DNA of 64,000 nucleotides from positions 32,001 through 96,000 of IMG/VR virus record IMGVR_UViG_3300013006_000023, one strand, 5' to 3'. The notes beneath the pieces are model-generated. The model saw nothing but the letters and a program-made list of their open reading frames with translations, had not been told where the DNA came from and made no database searches. A program made the position numbers and the translations under genes. Below, piece by piece: positions 35,036-44,686 of this stretch; position 1 is the first letter of the stretch, and each line of letters begins with the position of its first letter. Source of the stretch: a virus.

Positions 35036-37075
35036 ATGGATGGTATTACCTTTGAACAGATGTCCTCTATTATGGGATCTGGCTTTACTTCTATAGAGCA
35101 AAGTAATAAGAGAGTATCAGATACTTTAGAAAAAATACAAATTACATTAGGTAAGAAATTTGATAAAATAGGCGAGTTTTTCACTGTGTATCAGACTGAA
35201 GAACAGAAAAAAGCCAAAAGAGATAAGGAGCCAAAAGAAGTAAGATTCACAAAAGATACTAAACAGTTAATAGGTAAATTAGATCAGTCTAAAACTAACG
35301 AAGCTATTTTAAAGGAATTTAGAGGATTACGTCAAAAAGATAAAGGGTTTATTTCTGGCATTCTAGGACCCATAGGATTACTTTTAGGTGGAGTAGCAAC
35401 TCTTGCTTTCGGGTTAACTAAATTTCCTGCATTTAAAAAGATGTTCGAAGAATTTAAACAAGGCAAAATTCTATCCAGTGTAACAAGTTTACTGCAGAAA
35501 TTTGCAGGTAAAGACAAGAGCTTAAAAGAAATGATACGATCCATACCGCTTGTAGGCAGACTCATAGATGCTTATGAAGGGTTCACTAGTATCTTCCAAG
35601 GCGATTTTACAAAAGGAATTAAGCAATTGGCTTTTGCTATTCCTGGTGCAGAATTTATTGCAGACTTTTTCGGTACATCAAAAGCCAGATTAATAGCTGG
35701 TGATCTCACCGGTGATAAGAGCAAACAGTTCAGTATTTTTGGAAAACAATTTACTTTTGAAGATATTTTTAAAAAAATTACTGAGTTCCCAGCTCCGTTT
35801 TTCAGTCAAATAGGCGATTTTTTCAATAATATATCTAAATCTTTTGTTGATCTATATTCCTTAGTTACCATGGGCGGCAGTGCCAGATATGACGACATTG
35901 TTAAAGTTCTTGATAATATTGGTAACTATTTTCCTGCTGTGCGAGGTGTTACTAATTTCATGAAAATGTTAACAGGAAAAGCTTTTGGATTCGCAGAAAA
36001 TAAAATGATTGCGTCAGGTAAAAGTATAACCCCAGGAGCACCTGAAATAAATATAGGCGACGTCTTTAATGAAATAGTAAAATCTATAAGTGAAAAAATA
36101 AACGCCGCATTAAAGACGGTATTTAATATTTTTGAAGCTATTATGAATGTTTTTAGTGATGACGAATCTAAAATATTTAAGGGTCTTGCTGTTTTAGAAA
36201 AATATGCTCCGGGTCTTGCACAAGGTCTTAGAGTTGTTAGAAGTCTTATAGATCAATTCAAGGATGCACCACAAGGTGGCAATATTTTTGATAAATTTAA
36301 GTTTTTTAATAAACTGGATTTTTCAGGAAAACAATTTAGCCCTGAAAGAGTTTATGATTTAAATGCTAAAGGTCTCCCAAATCTTACTGTTGATAAGAGA
36401 GAAAAAGACGAAAAAGAATTACAAGAAAGACAAAGCTACCTTGATGATGTTAAAAATCCAAAATTAAGAGAGGCGAAAACAGGATTAACAGCAGCGGCAC
36501 TTGCCGGTACAGCTGCAGCTGGAGCATCCTATCTGAAGTCACTTGCAACAGGAAATTTATTAAATGCAAAAGAAAGAGCTCTTACAGCAAGTTTATTAGC
36601 TGGCAGTACGGGTTATGCTGTAGGAGCAGGCACCGCTAAGCTAACCCAGCCTTCAGATAAAGAGATTGAAGCGGAACAAAAAAGACTCGATGCGTTAAAA
36701 GACCAAATGAAAATAGAGAGACAAAACGCTCTTAAAGACGCAGAAAATGAAATATTTAAAGATAGCCCATACAATCGATTAAAAACACAAGAACCTACTG
36801 CTCCTAAGCCTGCAGCATCCAAAGAAGTAAAACTACCTTTTGTAGCTAAGGATGAAGTTGAGAAAAATATCAAAACAAGTGCCATTAATTCTACAAAGGA
36901 AATTTCATTACAAGAACAGGTGGTACAATTATTGACCGTAATTGCAAATCTACCGGGTTTAGCTAAACCCGGGTTAATTAGTGTTATGAATCAATCTGCA
37001 AATGTGAATTTTGGTGGTACAAATTCTTCAAGTTTAGATACCAGATCAAGATTTGCGGGGAGCTTAAATTCATGA
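35036..37075 (+). CDS. Tape-measure / gp29-like protein
   Basis: 679 aa helical, Gly/Ala-rich hydrophobic segments, IPLVG/IPGA motifs; position after the hub chaperones. Confidence 0.65.
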   Translation: MDGITFEQMSSIMGSGFTSIEQSNKRVSDTLEKIQITLGKKFDKIGEFFTVYQTEEQKKAKRDKEPKEVRFTKDTKQLIGKLDQSKTNEAILKEFRGLRQKDKGFISGILGPIGLLLGGVATLAFGLTKFPAFKKMFEEFKQGKILSSVTSLLQKFAGKDKSLKEMIRSIPLVGRLIDAYEGFTSIFQGDFTKGIKQLAFAIPGAEFIADFFGTSKARLIAGDLTGDKSKQFSIFGKQFTFEDIFKKITEFPAPFFSQIGDFFNNISKSFVDLYSLVTMGGSARYDDIVKVLDNIGNYFPAVRGVTNFMKMLTGKAFGFAENKMIASGKSITPGAPEINIGDVFNEIVKSISEKINAALKTVFNIFEAIMNVFSDDESKIFKGLAVLEKYAPGLAQGLRVVRSLIDQFKDAPQGGNIFDKFKFFNKLDFSGKQFSPERVYDLNAKGLPNLTVDKREKDEKELQERQSYLDDVKNPKLREAKTGLTAAALAGTAAAGASYLKSLATGNLLNAKERALTASLLAGSTGYAVGAGTAKLTQPSDKEIEAEQKRLDALKDQMKIERQNALKDAENEIFKDSPYNRLKTQEPTAPKPAASKEVKLPFVAKDEVEKNIKTSAINSTKEISLQEQVVQLLTVIANLPGLAKPGLISVMNQSANVNFGGTNSSSLDTRSRFAGSLNS

Positions 37076-38376
37076 GCTTATTTTCCATATCTATTGATAG
37101 AAATGAATCGGAGTTAAACTTTGATAGTGATACTAACCCGCCACAATTGGTATCCACAAACAATACACCTATTGGTGGTGGGTTAATAGCTGCATCCTCA
37201 GACAGTCCGCAAGGCAGTGTAGTTGATGTGGTTAAAAATTTTTATTGGACTTATTCTAAATTAACTGATTCAAGACAAGAAGTACCAAGAATCATATTAA
37301 GAGAACTCAGACTCAAAACTAATGCTTTAGTAGCACAACTCAAATACACATACGGTGTTGCATCGCAAAATGTAAGAGAAGGGCTAACGAACCTTGAAAA
37401 TAATGAAACATTAAGAAATGTATTAAATTTTGCTACTAACAATAATTCTCAGAATATAAATAATAGTGTTGGACAAGTTGCTGAGTTTACAGATAAAAGC
37501 ATCAAAGCTGCCTTAGATACAATACCGGGTGCTAGAGATGAAAATACCACACTAAATGCCAGCAAAAGTAACTACTTGTTTCCATACAAAAACCTGTACA
37601 TCACCAAGCCAACCGGTTGGGTGTTTAATTTGCCTTATTTTGATAACTACAGTGGCTCAACTAATAGTAGCTTCTCTAATGATGCATCAAACCCTTTTCT
37701 AGGTCTTTTGAAGAGTGGAGGTGATCTTGTAAGAGGCATTCAAGAAGCTACCTCCGTAATCAATGCTCCAACAAAGATTTCATTTGTGGAACAGGCTAAA
37801 TTCTTCAATTACTCTTCTGAAGGAGAAGAAATAAGTTTTAACTTTCCCTTAATCAACACTGGATCCGCAACATTTAATGATGTGGTAAACAATTGGCAGT
37901 TGTTGTTTTTGTTAATGTACAACAACAAGCCTGCAAGAAAAAATAGCTCCATTGTTGAACCTCCAGTAATTTATGAAATTAGAATACCAGGTGTTAAGTT
38001 CATGCCTTATGCTTACATATCTTCCATCAGTGTTGAATTTCAGGGTTCCAGAAGAGAATTAAATTTTAACTTGGCAACTACAGGCAGCTTGAGAGTTGAT
38101 GAACCTCAAAACCCTGCATTTGTGGGCCCTGCTGCACCATCCCTTGTCACTTCTCAAAACAAATTTATACCTGTCAGAGCCATAGTTCCTGATGCTTATG
38201 TAGTCAGAATATCAGTAAAAGGTTTAATTGCCGATACAAAGAACACTATGTATAATGTTCTAGATGAATCAAGTATAGTAACAACAAGGACATTGCTACG
38301 AGATGAGACTAACCCTGCATTTAACACAGCACTTGAAGGCATACTTGATAGAGCACAATCACTTACTAATCAATAA
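37072..38376 (+). CDS. Baseplate tail-tube cap gp48-like
   Basis: EISFNFPLIN...EPPVIYEIRIPG...AYISSISVEF; followed by gp53. Confidence 0.6.
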   Translation: MSLFSISIDRNESELNFDSDTNPPQLVSTNNTPIGGGLIAASSDSPQGSVVDVVKNFYWTYSKLTDSRQEVPRIILRELRLKTNALVAQLKYTYGVASQNVREGLTNLENNETLRNVLNFATNNNSQNINNSVGQVAEFTDKSIKAALDTIPGARDENTTLNASKSNYLFPYKNLYITKPTGWVFNLPYFDNYSGSTNSSFSNDASNPFLGLLKSGGDLVRGIQEATSVINAPTKISFVEQAKFFNYSSEGEEISFNFPLINTGSATFNDVVNNWQLLFLLMYNNKPARKNSSIVEPPVIYEIRIPGVKFMPYAYISSISVEFQGSRRELNFNLATTGSLRVDEPQNPAFVGPAAPSLVTSQNKFIPVRAIVPDAYVVRISVKGLIADTKNTMYNVLDESSIVTTRTLLRDETNPAFNTALEGILDRAQSLTNQ

Positions 38377-38382
38377 CTTAAA

Positions 38383-38388
38383 TAAATA
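38383..38388 (+). promoter_or_regulatory. Late promoter TAAATA
   Basis: 5 nt before ATG 38394. Confidence 0.6.
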
Positions 38389-38393
38389 TACAT

Positions 38394-38765
38394 ATGGATG
38401 GCAAACATCAAAACAACATACCCTTTTTGCCCAGTTTAGACAGCATTAGGTATGAGAACATATTTAAACTGTATGAGCACAAAGAAAAACGTAGCTATGT
38501 TTACAACTTAATTCAGAGCATAAGCTTTCCAGATGATATAGATAAAAATGCTTTAGTGTATATAACTATTACCGATAAGATGCCTTGGACAACCGTTAGT
38601 TACAATGCTTACAAAACTATTCATTTATGGTGGTTAATATGCATGCTTAATAAAATAAGAAACCCTGTAAAATTTCCTGAAAGAGGAATGGTTGTAAAAA
38701 TAATAAAGCCTGATTATGTAAATTTGGTTTTAAGAGAAATACAGAATTCAATTAAAAGGTTATGA
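38394..38765 (+). CDS. gp53: Baseplate wedge gp53-like (LysM-like)
   Basis: PWTTVSYNAYKTIHLWWLICMLNKIRNP...GMVVKII. Confidence 0.8.
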   Translation: MDGKHQNNIPFLPSLDSIRYENIFKLYEHKEKRSYVYNLIQSISFPDDIDKNALVYITITDKMPWTTVSYNAYKTIHLWWLICMLNKIRNPVKFPERGMVVKIIKPDYVNLVLREIQNSIKRL

Positions 38766-40348
38766 GTATCTACCAACAAAATGCTGTTGATGCCAATACT
38801 GTCATAGATAGAAGTCCTTATTATTTTCAGATACAAATCATAACTGCTGATGGTAGGAGACAAGAGGTAAAGATAGGAGCAATAGAAACATTAGTTCTTC
38901 AAGATAATATAGACAACATTGGACACTCTGGTTATTTAGTTTTAAATAATTACTTGGATTCTTTAGAAAGAGTAGCCGATATTAATCAACAGAATAAATC
39001 TGCCAGTAATTTAACTGGCGATTATTTCAATGAAACAAAAAGTAGTGATCGCGGGTTCATCTTAAGAGGTGATTCAAGAGATTTTGTTTACATTGATATA
39101 ATACCCAAGCTAGAGGATTCATCTTTCAAAAAAGATTTTGATAATGCTAAACAAAGCAACGTATTCAGAATACGATTGAACATGGCCATATACAATACAG
39201 AAGAAATATTAGGTGATATGCCTGGCAAAAAATATAAAAAACTGTATTTGAGAGATCTACATACCGATATATTGGAATATAAAAATACGTATTTTAATAC
39301 AGCAAGCTTATTGGAAACTGATGACTTGATTCAAGATCTTTCTAATCAAGAAAGAAGTGTTTTCACTGGTGATGCCATAAAATCTTTCATTTCAACATTT
39401 TTTAATGATACAAATCTGCCTGTAACATTTAGTAATAATTTTGAAACTGGCAGTACAAAAATATTTTTCTCGTCTCCAGTTAATTACAAGGGCATTGATT
39501 GTTTAAACTACTTAATGAGCAGACATGTGTCATCAAAAGATAATAATTATGATAGGTGCATACTTCAATGCGATAGATATACCAGCGAATTTTCGTTAAT
39601 AAGTCTTTCAGATTATTTTAAAAACGCAGTAAAACAAAGCAGCTTCACAAATGAAAACAGTGGTGATTTGTATCTCGAAACGTTTAAGCTAGGTAATTAT
39701 TCTGACTCTTACAACACATACAACATAAAAAAAGTTTCAGAACGTGTTCCTAGTGAATCATTGTTCTTTAAATCTTTTGGCACTATTAATAATTTTTCTT
39801 ATGATCCGATGCCTGGTATTCTCACACAAAAGCACATTGCTTCACAAATAGTTCACAGCCATGACGGCGATTCTAAGACATTTAATATTGAATTTTCAAA
39901 TAATAGCATACAAAAAGTCATGGAGGCATATGAAAATAATTATGTAAAGCCGTTCAAAGGGGTGAGCAGAACCAGCCCATACAAAAACTTTGTACCCGGC
40001 AGTATAAGAACTACACAGAAAAATATTAATAACATTTTTTCAGTTTTCAGTGATAACCCCGAGCAGCGTTTGAACATGGGTAGAAACGAAGCATTATTTG
40101 ATACAATTTTTTTAAATAATATAGTATATTTTAAAGTACCAGGCTCAACACACAGACAAGCTGGGACATTTATAGGCATAGATAGGGACGGTGGCACTTC
40201 TGACAGCGATTTTGATACTAAAATACTAGGCGTATATTTTGTTATTGAAGTAAAGCATATTTTTGAAAAAAACGAATACATAAACGAGTTAAGATGTGTA
40301 AAGACATACAATTCAAGCAACGTATTCTTACAGGAGAATAGCATATAA
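38762..40348 (+). CDS. Baseplate hub gp27-like
   Basis: LVLQDNI...HSGYLVL; C-terminal FKVPGSTHRQAGTFIGI...LGVYFVIEVKHIF...YINELRCVK. Confidence 0.65.
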   Translation: MSIYQQNAVDANTVIDRSPYYFQIQIITADGRRQEVKIGAIETLVLQDNIDNIGHSGYLVLNNYLDSLERVADINQQNKSASNLTGDYFNETKSSDRGFILRGDSRDFVYIDIIPKLEDSSFKKDFDNAKQSNVFRIRLNMAIYNTEEILGDMPGKKYKKLYLRDLHTDILEYKNTYFNTASLLETDDLIQDLSNQERSVFTGDAIKSFISTFFNDTNLPVTFSNNFETGSTKIFFSSPVNYKGIDCLNYLMSRHVSSKDNNYDRCILQCDRYTSEFSLISLSDYFKNAVKQSSFTNENSGDLYLETFKLGNYSDSYNTYNIKKVSERVPSESLFFKSFGTINNFSYDPMPGILTQKHIASQIVHSHDGDSKTFNIEFSNNSIQKVMEAYENNYVKPFKGVSRTSPYKNFVPGSIRTTQKNINNIFSVFSDNPEQRLNMGRNEALFDTIFLNNIVYFKVPGSTHRQAGTFIGIDRDGGTSDSDFDTKILGVYFVIEVKHIFEKNEYINELRCVKTYNSSNVFLQENSI

Positions 40349-42066
40349 TGACACCGCTCAACAACAGATTCAACGTTAAGACCTTATTTCCTGAACTGGT
40401 AGACTGTAACATTACAAATTCAAGACAGTTCTTAGAAGAATATACCGATTTTATTAAACAAATAGGATTTAAAGCCGGTGAAAATTACATGGGCAATTCC
40501 ATAGACATAGCCATTGACTATAGAAATGCATTAAAGAGTTCCAACCCTATTCAAAATTTAATTGATTTCTTTGTGGAGTTAAACACAAAACTAAAAACTC
40601 AGCAGAATGATTTCAAAGTTTACTGGATTAAAAAATTTAATAGTTCAGTGGATGAAGTTAAAAATGTAGTGCTTGAAAAACTTACTGATAAACAGAATTT
40701 TTTTGCCCCTACAAGTGATAGTATTGGCTCATTATACAACCTTACTACTGCTAGTGATGATTCCACTTTACTTGTAAGTGATTTAAATTCTGATAAGGGA
40801 TTCTCTAGTACGCTACCTTCATCTTTGTTAAATAAAATTAGTAAAGCTGTTCTAGAGAATAGTGCGGAATTAAGTATTTTTACAAATAGAGTTTTTAGAA
40901 ATAACTTAGTTCAAGTCCAAAAGAGCACATATAATGGCAATTTATATGTGGATTCTAGCGTCGCACATGGTCAGAACCTTGTGAACGACATGGTATTTTT
41001 CAATAATTTTAAGAGAAATATAACAAATTATGTTTCAGAATTAAATACATACTTTGGTGATCGTTATGAATACATTCGATACTGCTCAAATATAAACGAT
41101 AAACCCGGTTTAAATTTAAGAAATTATGATAGTTTTAATCTACAAAAAACTCCTGATTTTTCTTATACTATCAATATTGAAGGCAGAGATCAAATTGTTG
41201 ATATATTGCAAAACAAATACAGAGAGAGCACATCAAATGCTACTATTGGAAAATCACTAGGGGTAGTCAGACTAACAAATAGCAATCAACCAGTCGACAC
41301 TCAATCCATAAACAATACCTTCTTAAATCAAACCAGCCAACAGCAATTACCAGAATTTGTTTCAAGAGATACAAAAAACAAATCTATTAAACAACAAGAA
41401 TTAACTGAAAGCACACTTGGATTGAATGATAAACTATCATTTGTTAGCTCACTTACAGACAAGCTAGGCACAGGTGGTGCATTGCAGTTATCCCAACCGT
41501 TTATTGGCGAATCTGTAGAATTTTTATCTAATACGTTCAATGAAGCAGTAGCTCCTGTTAACTCCATATTCGGCGAACTGGGCGGATTTGTACAAAATGT
41601 ATCAAACACGTCAAATATTAATGCCATAAGTTTTGCAAATCCATTGCAAGCTGTACAATCCATAGAAAGCATGGCTACAAATTTAACCAACACATTAAAT
41701 TCAATTCCATTCATAGATCTGTCTCTACCATCAATAGATTTAGGATCGTTCCCACAACTGGCTGCAATTGCTACCAATACCAATTTCAAAGATCTGGCAA
41801 GCAACCCATTAGGTGTACTAGAATTAGCTCAACAAGCAAAAGATTTGATATGCAATTTCCAATTACCTATTATAGGTGATTTGGACTTCTCAGCATTATT
41901 AACATTTGATTTCGATGGAATTGAAGATATGCTCAAGAAAATAGGTAACAAATTTGAAAAACTATGGAATGATATTGAGAAGTTCTTTACTAATCTATTT
42001 GACTTTAATAAGCTATTTAAGAACTTTTCTGGTAAGTTCCTTGAATGCGATAAAGACAAGAATTAA
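40348..42066 (+). CDS. Hypothetical structural protein with amphipathic low-complexity C-terminus
   Basis: 572 aa, TAATG-coupled to the hub gene. Confidence 0.65.
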   Translation: MTPLNNRFNVKTLFPELVDCNITNSRQFLEEYTDFIKQIGFKAGENYMGNSIDIAIDYRNALKSSNPIQNLIDFFVELNTKLKTQQNDFKVYWIKKFNSSVDEVKNVVLEKLTDKQNFFAPTSDSIGSLYNLTTASDDSTLLVSDLNSDKGFSSTLPSSLLNKISKAVLENSAELSIFTNRVFRNNLVQVQKSTYNGNLYVDSSVAHGQNLVNDMVFFNNFKRNITNYVSELNTYFGDRYEYIRYCSNINDKPGLNLRNYDSFNLQKTPDFSYTINIEGRDQIVDILQNKYRESTSNATIGKSLGVVRLTNSNQPVDTQSINNTFLNQTSQQQLPEFVSRDTKNKSIKQQELTESTLGLNDKLSFVSSLTDKLGTGGALQLSQPFIGESVEFLSNTFNEAVAPVNSIFGELGGFVQNVSNTSNINAISFANPLQAVQSIESMATNLTNTLNSIPFIDLSLPSIDLGSFPQLAAIATNTNFKDLASNPLGVLELAQQAKDLICNFQLPIIGDLDFSALLTFDFDGIEDMLKKIGNKFEKLWNDIEKFFTNLFDFNKLFKNFSGKFLECDKDKN

Positions 42067-42551
42067 TCTTGTTTTTTCTTATTTTCAAGTTCTATAATTT
42101 CAGTGTCAATTATTTTTGCACTCTTATTAGCGCTCTCTATGAGCATCTTAAAGACCTGTTCTCTTGTGGCTAATAATCTGTTATTATTATCAACTTCTCT
42201 TATTTCTTTCTTGCTCTTAATGTCCATGTCTTTAACTTGTACTAATGTTTCATTTCTCTTGTCACTTATTATAATCTTATTTAAAGTCTCTAGTGCAGTG
42301 GATGTGGCAGCTATAAGTTCCGACATGGAACCCACGTCCTTACTCTCTGGTGCCGAACTTATGTAATCCTTAACATTAATAACTATATCCATGCTCTCTG
42401 ATACTAACCTGCCAGCATTTTCAATTACAAATTTCTCTAAATTCTCTTTAGTTAAAACGTCTCTTGTCTTTTCGCTCTTTTCAGCTTCCTTTTTTACCTC
42501 TTTAAGTTGAGATAGCAAATCCCCTACCATTTCATTAAGCTCTTCACTCAT
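42063..42551 (-). CDS. gp16: Probable terminase small subunit gp16
   Basis: 162 aa helical; ISSAPESKDVGSMSELIAATSTALETL...NNNRLLATREQVFKML resembles the gp16 helical hairpin and tail; late promoter. Confidence 0.55.
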   Translation of the reverse strand: MSEELNEMVGDLLSQLKEVKKEAEKSEKTRDVLTKENLEKFVIENAGRLVSESMDIVINVKDYISSAPESKDVGSMSELIAATSTALETLNKIIISDKRNETLVQVKDMDIKSKKEIREVDNNNRLLATREQVFKMLIESANKSAKIIDTEIIELENKKKQD

Positions 42552-42556
42552 AATAG

Positions 42557-42564
42557 TATTTATA
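42557..42564 (-). promoter_or_regulatory. Late promoter TATAAATA
   Basis: Exact consensus, 5 nt before ATG 42551. Confidence 0.7.
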
Positions 42565-42568
42565 CATA

Positions 42569-42596
42569 TTGATTTCTATTGAAACGATATTACTAT
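42569..42596 (+). promoter_or_regulatory. Sigma70-like early promoter for dUTPase/gp44
   Basis: TTGATT-N16-TACTAT, 6 nt before ATG 42603. Confidence 0.55.
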
Positions 42597-42602
42597 AGTA
42601 TG

Positions 42603-43082
42603 ATGTATAGTAAAGATAACTCTAATAGCCGTGATGTGGATCCAAATATTCAGTTTTTGCCTGTGTTAAAGTTTGAAAAAACCCATGAACTGGCAAAATT
42701 ACCGGTAAAAAACCATGATAATGATACAGGTTATGATGTTTTTTCAGTTGAAGAATCAATAATACCTGCCAAAGGCAGTGCAGTAATTAAGGTCGGATTC
42801 AAGTTTGCAGCAATACCGGAAGGATACTGGATAAAGGTTGAGTCGCGTAGCGGACTTGGCTTCAAACATAGTATTATGGCTCATCCAGGCATTATTGACT
42901 GTGGATACAGAGGAGATGCTGGTGTTAAGCTGTACAATCTTTCGGATGTTGACTATAAAATTAATGTGGGTGACAGGATAGCTCAGTTTGTTGTGTACAT
43001 AAACTTCTCAATGCCCATGGAATGGGGAGAAGTTGAAGAATCTCAAAGAGGAGACAAAGGATTTGGCTCTTCCGGAAAATAG
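42603..43082 (+). CDS. dut: Trimeric dUTPase (start 42603/42600 preferred)
   Basis: All five motifs: TGYDV, SRSGLG, GIIDCGYRG, GDRIAQ, RGDKGFGSSG. Confidence 0.95.
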   Translation: MYSKDNSNSRDVDPNIQFLPVLKFEKTHELAKLPVKNHDNDTGYDVFSVEESIIPAKGSAVIKVGFKFAAIPEGYWIKVESRSGLGFKHSIMAHPGIIDCGYRGDAGVKLYNLSDVDYKINVGDRIAQFVVYINFSMPMEWGEVEESQRGDKGFGSSGK

Positions 43083-43085
43083 TAA

Positions 43086-44024
43086 ATGTTAACATTTAAT
43101 AGCTTGTGGGTGGAAAAATATAGGCCTAAAAACTTAGAAGACTTTATTTGTAATGATAAAATTAAATTGTTCATCCAAACAATACAAACCCAGAAAACCA
43201 TACCTAACTTGTTGTTTGTTGGCACCCCAGGCATTGGTAAAACATCGCTTGCTAAAATAATTGTCAATGACATCTTAAAATCGCAATATCTTTACATCAA
43301 TGCTAGCGATGAAAATGGTATTGATACTATCAGAAGCAAGGTCACCAGCTTTGCACAATCAAAAAGTCTCTATGGTGATATTAAAGTAATTATTTTAGAC
43401 GAGACTGACGGTCTATCCATAGATGCACAACGCGCTTTACGCAATACTATGGAGGAGTATTCATCTATTACACGATTCATTCTTACTGCCAACTACAAAT
43501 ACAGAATTATTAATGCCCTACAAAGCAGGTGTCAAAGTTTTGACCTCACACCTCCTGTGGAAGGTTCAGTAAAAAGATGTGTACATATTCTTAAAAATGA
43601 AAAGATCGAAATACCAGCTGATCAAAAGCAACACTTGTTGTCTTTTATTAAATCTAACTATCCAGATCTCAGAAAAACGATCAATGAACTTCAAAAATAC
43701 TCAGTTAATCAGGTATTAAGCCTTGATATATCTGATAGCGATCAAACCCTTCAGTTGTTGTTCAATGAAATTAAAAGTAAAAATGTTACTACTCTCAGAA
43801 AAGTGCTTATTGAAAACGAATCTGCCTTCAATAATGATTATGTTTCGCTTCTGAGAGGACTATTTAACTATGTGGACAAGAATGAAGATGATATCAATGT
43901 TAGGAAGCAATACCTTCTGACCATATCAGAATATTTGTACAGGAGTTCATTTGTGATTGATCAGGAGATAAATTTTTACACGTGCTTGATAGCACTCTCA
44001 GAACTCAAATCAGCTCTTAGGTAA
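43086..44024 (+). CDS. gp44: Clamp loader ATPase gp44 (RFC-like)
   Basis: LWVEKYRP, GTPGIGKT, INASDENG, ILDETD, LQSRC, YPDLRKTINELQ. Confidence 0.94.
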   Translation: MLTFNSLWVEKYRPKNLEDFICNDKIKLFIQTIQTQKTIPNLLFVGTPGIGKTSLAKIIVNDILKSQYLYINASDENGIDTIRSKVTSFAQSKSLYGDIKVIILDETDGLSIDAQRALRNTMEEYSSITRFILTANYKYRIINALQSRCQSFDLTPPVEGSVKRCVHILKNEKIEIPADQKQHLLSFIKSNYPDLRKTINELQKYSVNQVLSLDISDSDQTLQLLFNEIKSKNVTTLRKVLIENESAFNNDYVSLLRGLFNYVDKNEDDINVRKQYLLTISEYLYRSSFVIDQEINFYTCLIALSELKSALR

Positions 44025-44618
44025 ATAATTGTAAGTGTAGCTAGCTGGATCTTTATGTGATGCTACTGGTACTGAAGGTATCTTAATATTCTTGTTTAGC
44101 AATTCTCTATCACCCTTGGATAGCTTTTTATTGCCTATGTCGGAAAGCCTTGTTTGTTGCGGTGTATAGAAAGGAACTTCTTGATTTTCATCTTTAACTC
44201 GCTTGGGCTTGATATTGACTCTCTTAGCAGGATCACCTTTCTTAAAAATCTCTGGAACATCAGGTAAATTGGGGTAACTGCTTCTCACATCTAAAAGTCT
44301 GCTTGGCACAGTAACAAAATCCATGTATCTGCCTGGTGCAATTTCTGCTACAATATCAACATCTGATTCTGACCCAATGAAACTTGTGTCACCTGCTGCA
44401 CCCACTGCAGGGTATTTGTTCTTAACTGCAGAGACTCTCAAATTTAGACCGCCTGTGGCCATCTGTCTGAGTTTTTCTTGTGTATTTGTGCCAGCGTTCA
44501 TGTACCACTCGTCTTTAAACGCTTTATCTTTGAAAACAACCAAATCACCAGCTAAAAATCCTGTATTTGAATACCTCTGTAATGCTGATTCAAATAGCTT
44601 AGTGAACTTGAGATTCAT
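44010..44618 (-). CDS. Hypothetical late protein, possible head/internal protein
   Basis: TAAATA (44625-44630, -) 6 nt upstream; MNLKFTKLFESAL. Confidence 0.75.
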   Translation of the reverse strand: MNLKFTKLFESALQRYSNTGFLAGDLVVFKDKAFKDEWYMNAGTNTQEKLRQMATGGLNLRVSAVKNKYPAVGAAGDTSFIGSESDVDIVAEIAPGRYMDFVTVPSRLLDVRSSYPNLPDVPEIFKKGDPAKRVNIKPKRVKDENQEVPFYTPQQTRLSDIGNKKLSKGDRELLNKNIKIPSVPVASHKDPASYTYNYLPKS

Positions 44619-44675
44619 TAAAATTATTTATTCTTCTGCGTGCGAGAAATAGGCTTATAATCGATAAAAACCACA

Positions 44676-44681
44676 TAAATA
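44676..44681 (+). promoter_or_regulatory. Late promoter TAAATA
   Basis: 5 nt before GTG 44687. Confidence 0.6.
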
Positions 44682-44686
44682 TATGT

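Noticed and set aside
44629-44664. Possible hairpin or terminator between divergent late genes
   Set aside because: Stem is short and imperfect with no U-tract, and lies between divergent starts
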